Shown in pieces: positions 28,287 through 37,302 of a stretch of 41,819 bases of DNA (position 1 is its first letter; every line of letters starts with the position of its first letter). Under the pieces are notes generated by a model. It worked only from the letters and a program-made list of their open reading frames with translations. It was not told the DNA's origin and did no database searches. Both the position numbers and the translations under genes were made by a program. The DNA is taken from NCBI GenBank assembly GCA_033763455.1, contig JANRKO010000065.1:1-41819 (forward strand), read 5' to 3'. The stretch is from Polyangiaceae bacterium (lineage in GTDB: Bacteria; Myxococcota_A; Polyangia; Polyangiales; Polyangiaceae).

Positions 28287-28985
28287 TCACGGCTCAGCGA
28301 GGAGTTGTTGCGCGAGGAGCTGCGTGAGCCACGTTTTGGCCTGGGCGTGCGACCAGGCGCGACGCACGGTGAGGTCGTAGTAGAGCTCGGCTCGCGTGAG
28401 CACGAAGAAGATGTCCACCGCTTGGCTCACGCTCAGGGACGCCCGTAGCCCGCGGCCCTTGGTCCGCAACGCAGAGACGATCATGGTGCACGCCTCCTCG
28501 CGGAGCCGTTCGGAGTCGGTGAGCGTGGCCTGGAGCTCCGCCGTGGGTTGGGCGCCGAGGTTCACGAGGAGTGGGCCTACGCGCGCGAGGATCTCAGCGG
28601 TTCCCTCGACATACAAGGCGATCGCTTTGCGCGGGTCGGATTCCGCTTCGAATGGCCGGAACCACGGCATCTTCTCGCGAGCCACCGATCGGTGATCGCG
28701 GTGTACGTCGCGGTTCAGCGCCGGTGACCAGAGATCGAAGCCGACGACCGACGCGTGCAACACCTCGCTCAGCACGGCGGGCTTTGTGTGAAATGTGAAG
28801 TAGAGCGTCTGTACAGCGACGCCGGCGCGCTCCGCGATAGCCGCCATCGTGGTCGCCTCGTAGCCCAGCTCGCAGACAAGCTCGTACGCGGCCTTCAACA
28901 TGCGCCGCCTTGTCGCGAGCGCCCGATCGCGCGGGGAGGCCCGTGGTAGCGGCACCGCAGAAGCATTTTTCCTCTTTTCTTTCAT
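28287..28985 (-). CDS. TetR/AcrR family transcriptional regulator
   Basis: HTH GYEATTMAAIAERAGVAVQTLYFTFHTK. Confidence 0.93.
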   Translation of the reverse strand: MKEKRKNASAVPLPRASPRDRALATRRRMLKAAYELVCELGYEATTMAAIAERAGVAVQTLYFTFHTKPAVLSEVLHASVVGFDLWSPALNRDVHRDHRSVAREKMPWFRPFEAESDPRKAIALYVEGTAEILARVGPLLVNLGAQPTAELQATLTDSERLREEACTMIVSALRTKGRGLRASLSVSQAVDIFFVLTRAELYYDLTVRRAWSHAQAKTWLTQLLAQQLLAEP

Positions 28986-29009
28986 CTACTTACGCAATCA
29001 CTGTAGTTG

Positions 29010-29021
29010 AACACTAGTGTT
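29010..29021. promoter_or_regulatory. Palindromic operator candidate for the TetR regulator
   Basis: Perfect palindrome AACACTAGTGTT in the 54-bp AT-rich gap between divergent genes. Confidence 0.62.
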
Positions 29022-29039
29022 ATAGTATAGCTTCATCTC

Positions 29040-29723
29040 ATGACGACCAAGGCACTCGAACCCGTGACGCGGTTGGCTCGCCCGCGGCCTTCGCACTTGT
29101 GGTGGCCGGGCGCCGTGCTCGCGCTGGCACTGGTGGCTTTCTTCCCAACGTACTTCGGGTTCTTCCCTGAGTTCGCAGGCACGTCGGCAAGCGTGCACTT
29201 CCACGTGGCCACCATGCTGACGTGGATAATGTTCACGATTGCTCAGCCGATTCTGATCCGTCGCAAGCGAGTCGAGCTTCATCGCCGGCTCGGCCAACTC
29301 ACGTATGCGTGGTTGCCGGTCCTGGCGGCGGGCTTCTGGCTGGTCATGCGCGACGGCCAGCTGCGCCGCAAGCAGCCCGACCTGATCCTGGCGACAGCTT
29401 TTGACGCCTCGCTGTTTTTCTTCTTGGTGGCCATGGGCCTCTTCTACCGCAAACGCCGCGCCTATCACTCGCGCTTCATGATGCTGTCCCTCGTGCCGTT
29501 TCTCAACCCAACCCTCGGCCGGATCATTCACCCGGCGGTCAGCGTGCCCATTGAGCTGATCGTTCTGGTCTCGCTCTGGGTGCGTGCACGCAAGAAGCAG
29601 GAGGACGCGCGACCCTACGCGATTGCCGTCGTGGCGCTGCTGGTCGGCCTGCTGGCTCTCGTGGGCGTGATGGTCGGAGTGCCGTCGGCGTCAGAGTTCT
29701 TGTGGCGTGTTCTGGCGAGATGA
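29040..29723 (+). CDS. Integral membrane protein (6-7 TM, His-containing, DUF2306-like)
   Basis: Hydrophobic helices with HFHVA, LHRRLG and YHSRFM motifs. Confidence 0.8.
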   Translation: MTTKALEPVTRLARPRPSHLWWPGAVLALALVAFFPTYFGFFPEFAGTSASVHFHVATMLTWIMFTIAQPILIRRKRVELHRRLGQLTYAWLPVLAAGFWLVMRDGQLRRKQPDLILATAFDASLFFFLVAMGLFYRKRRAYHSRFMMLSLVPFLNPTLGRIIHPAVSVPIELIVLVSLWVRARKKQEDARPYAIAVVALLVGLLALVGVMVGVPSASEFLWRVLAR

Positions 29724-29810
29724 CGTGCCATACCGCGCCAAACGGACCTCTGGCGCCCTGGTTCGGCCTTCACTCAACCTCCTCTCAACCTCCTCAGCCG
29801 AGAGAGACGC

Positions 29811-31211
29811 TCAGGCGAGAGAGATCGCCGAACCTTCGAGGGGATCCCCAACCGATTGGGCGATATCAAAGGCGTTTAAGATCCCCCAAAGCAGATGCCC
29901 ATGCCCTTTGCTTTCGTCGTACGGCACGGTTCGGCCCGGGGTCACCCTGCCGCCCGCACGTCCAAACGTGAAGGTCGGGATCTTGTCGTGCGAGTGGTCG
30001 GCAGCATCGGAAAAATCCGTGAAGAAAAACACGAGCGAGTTGTCCAACATATTGCCGTTGCCCTCGGGCGTGGACTTGAGGCGATTCAAAAACTTAGCGA
30101 TCTCTCCCGCAAAGAAGGTTTGTACCTTGTCCATCTTGGCGCCATTCGCTGAGCCCCCATGCTCAATCGCATGGTGATCGTCTGAAACTCCTAGCCAATT
30201 GAACCCTACCTCCGTGTGTGCAGTGCCGAGGAGCTGCATCGAGGCAACGCGGGTGAGATCGCACGTGAGAGCTTGATACAGGAGCTCAAACTGCTGGCCA
30301 GTGACGATATCGATCTGCGGATCGGGCCCGGAACCTGGGGGATAGGATTGCGCGTAGACCGCAGGCGTGATGGTGGGCGCCGCGCAGCCGGGATTCGGAG
30401 TCGCCCCGATGCTGCCGCCTCCACCGGTCCCCCCGCCTGGGGTCGCTCCAACCAGTTGCTTTTCAAGCTCACGGAGGGACGTCAAATGTTGATCTAGCTT
30501 TGCCTGTTCGCCTGCTCCGGCAACGAGCTTGAGCGCTGTTACCTCGGCTTTCAAACGATCCAGCATGCTCTTTCCATCCAACCCGGGATTAGGATCCACC
30601 GTCGGTGCCGGTGGAGGTGTTCCTGTGCCCGTCGTCGTGGGCACAGGGGTCGGCACGCCGTTGCCGAAAAGGCGCATGAACATCTCCGTGGGATTCTCGA
30701 TCGGAGGCTGCGGCGTTCCCGCTTTGAAGCTCATGCGACGCTGGTCGAGGGGATTGGACTTCGTTTCAGTGACCACCCCAAACTGCAAGGTCGTGAACTT
30801 CAGCTGAGCGCTAATCTTTGCCGCAATGATCTGATCGATGCTGTCCGACTTTGCGAATACGGAGGCATTCTCTTCAGGCGCTACGCTGCTATCGTTAGTG
30901 AGTAGGGTTCGCAGCTCTGCTGCGTGCGGCTCGGCGGTTTGCCCCCAGATGTTCGCCGCGGCGCCATTGTCCGCAGTGAAGGAGTTGGCGTCGGCTTGGT
31001 AGGCAGCGAGCGGAGCCATTGCACTCGCAAAGCTAAACTTTCCAGCCGCTTCACACGCTGGCAGGTAAATCGGGATAAATCGAACTGGAAAGGCGCCTCC
31101 TTGAGCCTCCGCCAAAGTTTGCCGAAAAACAGGGATTGCCAAGAAGCTTGCAGAACCAAGCCCTAGCAAAAGCTCTCGACGCTTCAAAATACTTCTAGAA
31201 AACATGGTCAT
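29811..31211 (-). CDS. DUF1552 domain protein with Tat-like N-terminus
   Basis: KRRELLLGLG leader, SIDQIIA, LDQHLTSLRELE, ALTCDLTRVAS, HHAIEH, MLDNSLV. Start moved to ATG 31211. Confidence 0.85.
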   Translation of the reverse strand: MTMFSRSILKRRELLLGLGSASFLAIPVFRQTLAEAQGGAFPVRFIPIYLPACEAAGKFSFASAMAPLAAYQADANSFTADNGAAANIWGQTAEPHAAELRTLLTNDSSVAPEENASVFAKSDSIDQIIAAKISAQLKFTTLQFGVVTETKSNPLDQRRMSFKAGTPQPPIENPTEMFMRLFGNGVPTPVPTTTGTGTPPPAPTVDPNPGLDGKSMLDRLKAEVTALKLVAGAGEQAKLDQHLTSLRELEKQLVGATPGGGTGGGGSIGATPNPGCAAPTITPAVYAQSYPPGSGPDPQIDIVTGQQFELLYQALTCDLTRVASMQLLGTAHTEVGFNWLGVSDDHHAIEHGGSANGAKMDKVQTFFAGEIAKFLNRLKSTPEGNGNMLDNSLVFFFTDFSDAADHSHDKIPTFTFGRAGGRVTPGRTVPYDESKGHGHLLWGILNAFDIAQSVGDPLEGSAISLA

Positions 31212-31233
31212 CCGATCCCTTTCGAAGGCGAGG

Positions 31234-32979
31234 TTATTGGTCCGAGCGAAAGCCGTATTCGTCCCGCAGAACGACAGCGACGAGGAGTTCGCGAATGTCC
31301 GAGTTCGCCATGCCAAGGCGAGCAGCCAGTCCTTGGATGATCGCCTGGTCCCTGAGGACCTTCGGATCAGTCGGCGGAGTGTCCAGCGTTGCACGCCCCA
31401 GCGACCAACGCAGAGATTCGCGCGCGACGCAGGCTTTCAAGACCTGGCTCGGTGCGATGCGCTGAGTGAATTCGAGTGCGTTGGCGAACGGCCCGTCGAT
31501 CTCCGGGGCGATGGCTTTGATCTCGCCTGAAGCATCGATGGGCTTGTTGTTCTCAGTGGTGCGATAAGCCCCGGTGGCATCGTAATTTTCGAACCCAAAT
31601 CCAAGCGGGTCGATGAGGCTGTGGCAACTGGCGCACACGCTTCCCGCTTGCTGATGCTGAACGAAACGCTCCCGGGTGGTGAGGTTGGGATTCAGCTCTA
31701 CCGGCATGATCTCAAGATTAGGAGGCGGCGGCGGCACATCGCCGCACAGAATACGGGTGCGCAAGGTTTTCCCGCGTCGGATCGGAAATGAGTCGGCCGA
31801 CTTGGAGGTCGCCACGAGAAACGCGGGCTGAGTGAGGACGCCCAAGCGTTGACCCGCCGGAAGGGTAACTTTCTCCCACGCCGTGGGCACCTGGCCGAGA
31901 CCGTAGTGGGCGCCCAACTCGGCGTTCGACAGCGTGAAGTTGGCGGTGAACAGCGTCTCAAGCGAACCGTTCGACTGTGCGAAGAGATCCGCGATAAAGC
32001 GCTGGGACTCTTCGGCAACCGCTACCGAGAGCGACGGCGTATAACTCGGGAAAGCCGTTTGATCCTTTGCCAGATAACCTGCTTCTGCGATCCCCAACCA
32101 GCGAGTCACAAAGCTTGCTACCCAGGGTGTGCTCTCGGGTTTGGTGAGCAAGCGTCGAAGCTGTACCTCGCGCTCAGCAGGGCTACTCAGTTTCGCCCCT
32201 TGTGCGGCTGCTAGAAGCTCGTCGTCTGGTGGGCCTCCGAGAGCTAGATAGGAGATTTGGCTCGCCAGTTCATAAGCTGTGAGCGCTCGATCCACGCCCG
32301 AGCCCTCGCCGATCTCCGTCTTGTAGAGAAAATGTGGGGACTGCAGCATGGTTTCCGCGACCAGGCGGATCCCACCGGCATAATCTCCGCGGGCGCGCTT
32401 CTCCTGAAAGATGGCAGTGTAGGCCGTTATTTCCTCACCCGTGAGCGGCCTCCGAAAGCTGCGTTTGCCAAACTGCTCGATGAAGGCCGTGGCACATGCC
32501 GTCTCCGCAGCACCCGCCGCTCCGTCCGCACACGGAGCCTCCTGCACCAGGTTCAGGCCAGCGGCCAACGCTTTCGCTGCGCGCGCGTATTGCTCGGCGA
32601 GCAGCGGTGTGACCGTCAACGCCGCGGCCATGTTGTTATACCCGAGCGATGGGTCATCCTCGGCAAAGGCACTCGACGCACCGGGTGCGGCACCAAGGCG
32701 TTGAACTGTGTTGTCGTACTCCCACTTGTTCAGGCGACGAAGAGCGATGGGGCCGAGCGCTCCTGCGGCGGGCAACTGCACGGGAACGACGGGGATGGTC
32801 GACGTACCAGTCGGGGAAGTGCTCGGCATCCCGGTCGGCACCCCAGGCATTCCGGTCGAATCAGTAGGCGCACCCGGAGTCCCAGCACGCGACCCATCGG
32901 TACCTGCTACTCCGCCGGTGCAGGCCGCTCCGAGCAACGGCAATCCCAGTACTAGTAGGCTCGTTTGGAATAGTCTCAT
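31234..32979 (-). CDS. DUF1592/DUF1588-family (PSD-domain) lipoprotein with CxxCH motif
   Basis: Lipobox GAAC, LRRLNKWEYDNTV, FRRPLT, LQSPHFLY, YELASQISY, PIRRG, CASCH, DPLGFGFENYD. Start moved to ATG 32979. Confidence 0.87.
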   Translation of the reverse strand: MRLFQTSLLVLGLPLLGAACTGGVAGTDGSRAGTPGAPTDSTGMPGVPTGMPSTSPTGTSTIPVVPVQLPAAGALGPIALRRLNKWEYDNTVQRLGAAPGASSAFAEDDPSLGYNNMAAALTVTPLLAEQYARAAKALAAGLNLVQEAPCADGAAGAAETACATAFIEQFGKRSFRRPLTGEEITAYTAIFQEKRARGDYAGGIRLVAETMLQSPHFLYKTEIGEGSGVDRALTAYELASQISYLALGGPPDDELLAAAQGAKLSSPAEREVQLRRLLTKPESTPWVASFVTRWLGIAEAGYLAKDQTAFPSYTPSLSVAVAEESQRFIADLFAQSNGSLETLFTANFTLSNAELGAHYGLGQVPTAWEKVTLPAGQRLGVLTQPAFLVATSKSADSFPIRRGKTLRTRILCGDVPPPPPNLEIMPVELNPNLTTRERFVQHQQAGSVCASCHSLIDPLGFGFENYDATGAYRTTENNKPIDASGEIKAIAPEIDGPFANALEFTQRIAPSQVLKACVARESLRWSLGRATLDTPPTDPKVLRDQAIIQGLAARLGMANSDIRELLVAVVLRDEYGFRSDQ

Positions 32980-33261
32980 AACGGTCACCGCTAGAAATAT
33001 CGTGTCAGCCGCACCCAATTGGGCTCCCTGACCCACCGAATGCTAGCAGTGGCGTTCAGGACAATGGGCGCAATCCCCGCGCGATTCTCCGGACTATCGG
33101 CTCATTTGCGGGTGGTACACACACGAACCGCGCTCAAGACCGGTCCCTGTTGCTATGGAAGGCGCGGCGTGGCTCTCCGCCTCTTTCAGGACTATTGCCT
33201 TCATGCCCTCCAGCACGCCCGGTGGACCGGCTGTCGTGCCGCGGAAGGTTAGACTTGCAGA

Positions 33262-34134
33262 CTATCGGTCTGCTTGAGACTGGTACTGAATACGATACGC
33301 GCTCGGGTCAACGCCCATGTGCTGGCGGAAAACTCTGGCAAAGTAGCTCGTGTCATCGATCCCCACTAAGGGTGCCACTTCCTTCACTCGCGCGCGCGTA
33401 TCGCGCAGCAAATGTGCAGCCTTCTGGACACGCAGCGTCGTGACATAGCTCATCGGAGGAACTCCAAAACAGGCCCGAAAAGAGCGCACAAACGTGCTGC
33501 GCGACATGTGAGCCAGCTTCGCTAAAGCATCCACGTTGACCTCCTTGTCGAAATTACGCTCCAGCCACTGAACGACCTCGGAAAGGCGAACCAACGACTG
33601 CGGCAGAGGAGCTGTCATGGTTCCGTAGTTGCGCGCCAGCTCCACAATGACGTGGCAGAAATGGGCTGTGGCTGCTGCCTCGTAGCCGGGGCCTCTCAGC
33701 TTCAACTCATCGCTCATCCGAGCAACGGATTCCAGAATGCGAGCCAGAGTTTCGGGAGGTACTCGCAGGCGGCTTTGAAACTTATGCCTTGAGCGCAGCC
33801 GGGGCTCGAGTTGGAAAAGGGCTGCGTAGCCAGGCGCCTGGAGCAGCTGATTTTCAGGCAGCTGTAGACGCCGGGGATCAAAAAGGACGTTCACGAGCCC
33901 AAGCTCCTTGCAGTCCGCATAGCCGTGCAACATCTCGGCTGGGACCACAAAGACATCCCCTGCCTCGATAATGAAGGCTTCCCTTTCAAGAAGATGATGC
34001 CCCGTTCCATGCGCAACAATTACGAGCTCCCAGTACCCGCCGTGGTGATGGTGAAGATCCATCGGCACGTGGTTCTGCACCTGCATGGCAAATAGCGGAA
34101 AGATCTGGAGAGCCTCGCCAATACGATGCGGCAT
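33262..34134 (-). CDS. AraC-family transcriptional regulator with cupin sensor (RhaR/RhaS-like)
   Basis: HHH..YWELVIV..GTG.H cupin domain; C-terminal double HTH (LAKLAHMSRSTFVRSF, DTSYFARVFRQHMGVDPSAYR). Confidence 0.93.
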   Translation of the reverse strand: MPHRIGEALQIFPLFAMQVQNHVPMDLHHHHGGYWELVIVAHGTGHHLLEREAFIIEAGDVFVVPAEMLHGYADCKELGLVNVLFDPRRLQLPENQLLQAPGYAALFQLEPRLRSRHKFQSRLRVPPETLARILESVARMSDELKLRGPGYEAAATAHFCHVIVELARNYGTMTAPLPQSLVRLSEVVQWLERNFDKEVNVDALAKLAHMSRSTFVRSFRACFGVPPMSYVTTLRVQKAAHLLRDTRARVKEVAPLVGIDDTSYFARVFRQHMGVDPSAYRIQYQSQADR

Positions 34135-34318
34135 GGTGCCTACTGTACAGTAGCACTAATTGGCTTCGGCGCAGACGCACTCAAGACGCACCTGACCTTA
34201 CGAAGAAGGCCATGGCGTCGCATGTCGCGATAAGGCTGAGACCGCTGTGAGCGGGATAACGGATATTGGGTAGTGCGTAACCAAGCCTGTTAGACTCAGC
34301 GGGGACGTGTCCCTCGGC

Positions 34319-35506
34319 CTATTCGAGCGGCAGCTCCAAGATGAAGGAATTACCGTGTGCGGCATTCTCGATTACCCGAATCGTGCCTCCGTGAGCCAAA
34401 AGTGCGAGTTGGCAGAAGGAAAGGCCCAGCCCGTACCCCGTCCGTGGCATCTCGCCCTCAGCCTCAATGCGCTCAAATGGCGCAAAAATGCGGTCGCGCA
34501 TGTGGGCTGGAATCGGCCGCCCTCCGTCTGCCACTTCTATTTGAAGGCTTCCACCCGATACCTCGCCCTTTATCCGAATAGCGCTATCAGCCGGGCCGTG
34601 ATGTGAAGCGTTGTTGATGAGATTCTCGAGTACGCGCCCGAGCACCTCAGGGTCCGCGTTGACCACGATTGTGCTTTCAGGAAGCTCAAGCAAAAGAGGT
34701 TGGCCCTGCAACCGCGTAATGCGCTCCATCCGTCTGACCAAATCAGAAACCCACGGCTGCAGCTCCAATTCCGTCTTCCGGAGGCGGAACGCCCCTTGCT
34801 GATGCAGGCAGATGTCGAGCACGTCGTTCAGCATGTGGCGCATGCGACTCACTTCTGACGTGGCCTCCAGAAGCGCTTGCTGAGAGCCGCTATCTGCGGG
34901 CTTGATTGCGGTTGTCAGGAGGGTGAGCGAGGTCAACGGACCCCGTAGATCATGCACGAGCATCGAAGTCATCAGCTCCTTGGAGCGTTGGGCCTCACGG
35001 TTTTTCGCAAGGTGCTCTTGAAGGAGCGCCAAGCGCCTCCGAATCTCGAGTTCTATTTCCACTTGTCGAGCTATCGCGGAGAGCGTCTCAATTTCCTTTT
35101 CGCTCAATGTCCGCGGGACACGGTCGATCAGGCACAAGGTGCCCAAGCCTTCTCCTTGGGGAGTATGCAACGGGACACCGCAGTAGAGGCGAATATGAGG
35201 GTCACCGGTAACGAGAGGATTCGTTCTAAAGCGTTCGTCTTCAGAGGCGTCCGGCACTAACAGTGTACGGTCTGCCTGAATTGCGTGATCGCAAAAAGAA
35301 TATTCACGCGGCGTCTCGCGGATTGCCAAGCCCGTGTGTGCCTTGAACCACTGGCGGGTTGAGTCCACGAAGCTCACTAGGGCTATGGGCACCTCAAAAA
35401 GTCGGGCAGACATCTCGGTGATGTTGTCGAACGCGACTTCCTCGGGTGTATCGAGCACACGATAATCAGCCAACGCCGCTAGCCGACGAGTTTCGCTCAC
35501 GCTCAT
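34319..35506 (-). CDS. GAF-sensor histidine kinase
   Basis: RLAALADYRVLDT, SFCDHAI GAF; H-box HDLRGPL; N-box NLINNA; G2 GYGLGL. Start likely ATG 35506 (or 35515). Confidence 0.92.
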   Translation of the reverse strand: MSVSETRRLAALADYRVLDTPEEVAFDNITEMSARLFEVPIALVSFVDSTRQWFKAHTGLAIRETPREYSFCDHAIQADRTLLVPDASEDERFRTNPLVTGDPHIRLYCGVPLHTPQGEGLGTLCLIDRVPRTLSEKEIETLSAIARQVEIELEIRRRLALLQEHLAKNREAQRSKELMTSMLVHDLRGPLTSLTLLTTAIKPADSGSQQALLEATSEVSRMRHMLNDVLDICLHQQGAFRLRKTELELQPWVSDLVRRMERITRLQGQPLLLELPESTIVVNADPEVLGRVLENLINNASHHGPADSAIRIKGEVSGGSLQIEVADGGRPIPAHMRDRIFAPFERIEAEGEMPRTGYGLGLSFCQLALLAHGGTIRVIENAAHGNSFILELPLE

Positions 35507-35713
35507 TGCTTCCATCTCCCATAGCTCCCACAACTCTTGAGCACGGGTAGCGTAACCCCACCTACAAACCAAATCCAAACCGTTTTGGCCCGGGTTTTCG
35601 GTGGCTTGGCTTCGGACTTCCCGAGGCTTCCTCCGAGGCAACGAGCTTCAAACGCGGTGGCACTATTCCCGGCCCAAGGGCACGCTCGACTGACCAGAAG
35701 ACAAGCGCTGGCA

Positions 35714-36241
35714 CTACGCACGGGGACGGTACACCAGCTGCACGAGACCACTTTCAAACACACGATGAGCCACGAGCTGGAGGTTGACATCGCGACCAAC
35801 ACCGGGGGCCAGCGGTGCGCCTTCCCCGAGCAGAATCGGAATAACCGATACGGTAAGCTCATCTACCCTATTGTCTCGAAGAAACTGCGCAATCACAGAG
35901 CCGCCGTCCACATAGACGTGCTTGACCCCCTGAGCGCCCAATTGTTGCGCCAGCTCCGCGGGGTTGCCCGCAAAAAACTCCTCCCCGTGGCGCGACGTAC
36001 GTGTACTGTGAGTCAAAACAACCACGCGCTTGCCAGCGTACGGCCAGGCGTCGAAGCCGAGCGCCGTCTCGTACGTCTTCCTACCTATCACCATGGCGTC
36101 TATCGTGCTGAAAAACGCCTGAAAACCGTAATCTTCACCCGCTCGATCGACGATAGCGAGCCAGTCGATACCACCGTTCGCTCGAGCGATGAAACCATCG
36201 AGGCTCGCGGCAATGAACACAGAATAACGTGGCTGAACCAT
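35714..36241 (-). CDS. Dihydrofolate reductase / RibD C-terminal family protein
   Basis: FIAASLDGFIA, GRKTYE, YVDGG, PILLGEG. Start ATG 36241. Confidence 0.92.
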   Translation of the reverse strand: MVQPRYSVFIAASLDGFIARANGGIDWLAIVDRAGEDYGFQAFFSTIDAMVIGRKTYETALGFDAWPYAGKRVVVLTHSTRTSRHGEEFFAGNPAELAQQLGAQGVKHVYVDGGSVIAQFLRDNRVDELTVSVIPILLGEGAPLAPGVGRDVNLQLVAHRVFESGLVQLVYRPRA

Positions 36242-36281
36242 GCTACCGGCTACCACGCATCGTCGAGATTCGCCACTTGCC

Positions 36282-37193
36282 TCAAGAGCGCCTCAAGAGC
36301 GCCTTGTGCTCCTCCATCTCCTCCAAAGATCGTGGAAAATCTTGCCCCAACAGACGCGAAAGCCCCCGATCGGCGAGCAATTTGCCGTCCGTTTGGCAGC
36401 TCGGGCAGTAATTGCACTCGTTGTTCGCGTAACGAATACGTTGGATCGGTGTCCTGCAAACGGGGCACGGCTTTTGGTAACGGCCATGAGCAGCCATGCC
36501 TTCGCGAAAGGCCGTCACCTTCTCAGGGAACCCCTCTCCCACTTCGGCCCGTAAACGCCCAAGCCACTCGCTGAGAGTTGAACGACACGCTTGGTAGAGC
36601 GCCGTGATTTCCGCCTCTTTAAGATTCTGCGTGCGCTGTCCAGGAGAAAGGCCGGCGCGGTGAAGAATTTCGTCACTGTACGCATTTCCGATCCCACTCA
36701 TGATTTCAGGATCCGTGAGCGCGCGCTTGAGCGTACGATTCTCCCGCAGGATCGCCTGAGCAAACTCCTGCTCGGGCACCAGAAGCGGCTCCACGCCACC
36801 TCGATCGAACTCACTGAGGCTTTGCCGCCCCTCCACAAGATGCAAGCTTGCTCGCTTCTTCGCGCTCGCTTCGGTGAGCAACAAAGAAGCTTCCGGGAAA
36901 TCGAAAGCCGCGAGATCCGATTTCGCCTTCAACGCGTAGCCGAGCGCACGCAGCCGCAGCCTCCCCGCGATCATCAAGTGGAGAACGACAAAAGCATTGC
37001 CATCAAACTCGAACACCAAGCGCTTTCCAAGCCGGAATACCTTTCGAAGCACTTGCCCGTGAATGCTGCTCAGCGGCGGCACGGCCGTGCGCAGGAGAAA
37101 TGAGCTCTTCAACCGAACTGCGCTCAAACGCTTCCCCCCAAAGAGCGCATTCAGGCGCTCAATGTAGACCTCAACATCGGGAAGCTCCGGCAT
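36282..37193 (-). CDS. Fpg/Nei family DNA glycosylase
   Basis: N-terminal PELPDV, GKRL, HLMIAG, H2TH GIGNAYSDE, zinc finger CPVC...CPSC. Confidence 0.93.
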   Translation of the reverse strand: MPELPDVEVYIERLNALFGGKRLSAVRLKSSFLLRTAVPPLSSIHGQVLRKVFRLGKRLVFEFDGNAFVVLHLMIAGRLRLRALGYALKAKSDLAAFDFPEASLLLTEASAKKRASLHLVEGRQSLSEFDRGGVEPLLVPEQEFAQAILRENRTLKRALTDPEIMSGIGNAYSDEILHRAGLSPGQRTQNLKEAEITALYQACRSTLSEWLGRLRAEVGEGFPEKVTAFREGMAAHGRYQKPCPVCRTPIQRIRYANNECNYCPSCQTDGKLLADRGLSRLLGQDFPRSLEEMEEHKALLRRS

Positions 37194-37302
37194 TATGCTC
37201 GATTAGAGCACAGCTAAACGCGGATGCCCGTAAGCTCTGCTCCAATTACCCTGAGGCGAGGCCCTAAGCACCGCTCAGAGAACCGCTGCCCTGGAGCGGG
37301 AT

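Noticed and set aside
4204..36574. Long antisense ORFs (4204..5106, 13231..14112, 19915..20691, 23898..24734, 32257..32955, 35537..36574)
   Set aside because: They are shadows of well-supported genes on the opposite strand, expected at this GC content, with no recognisable motifs.
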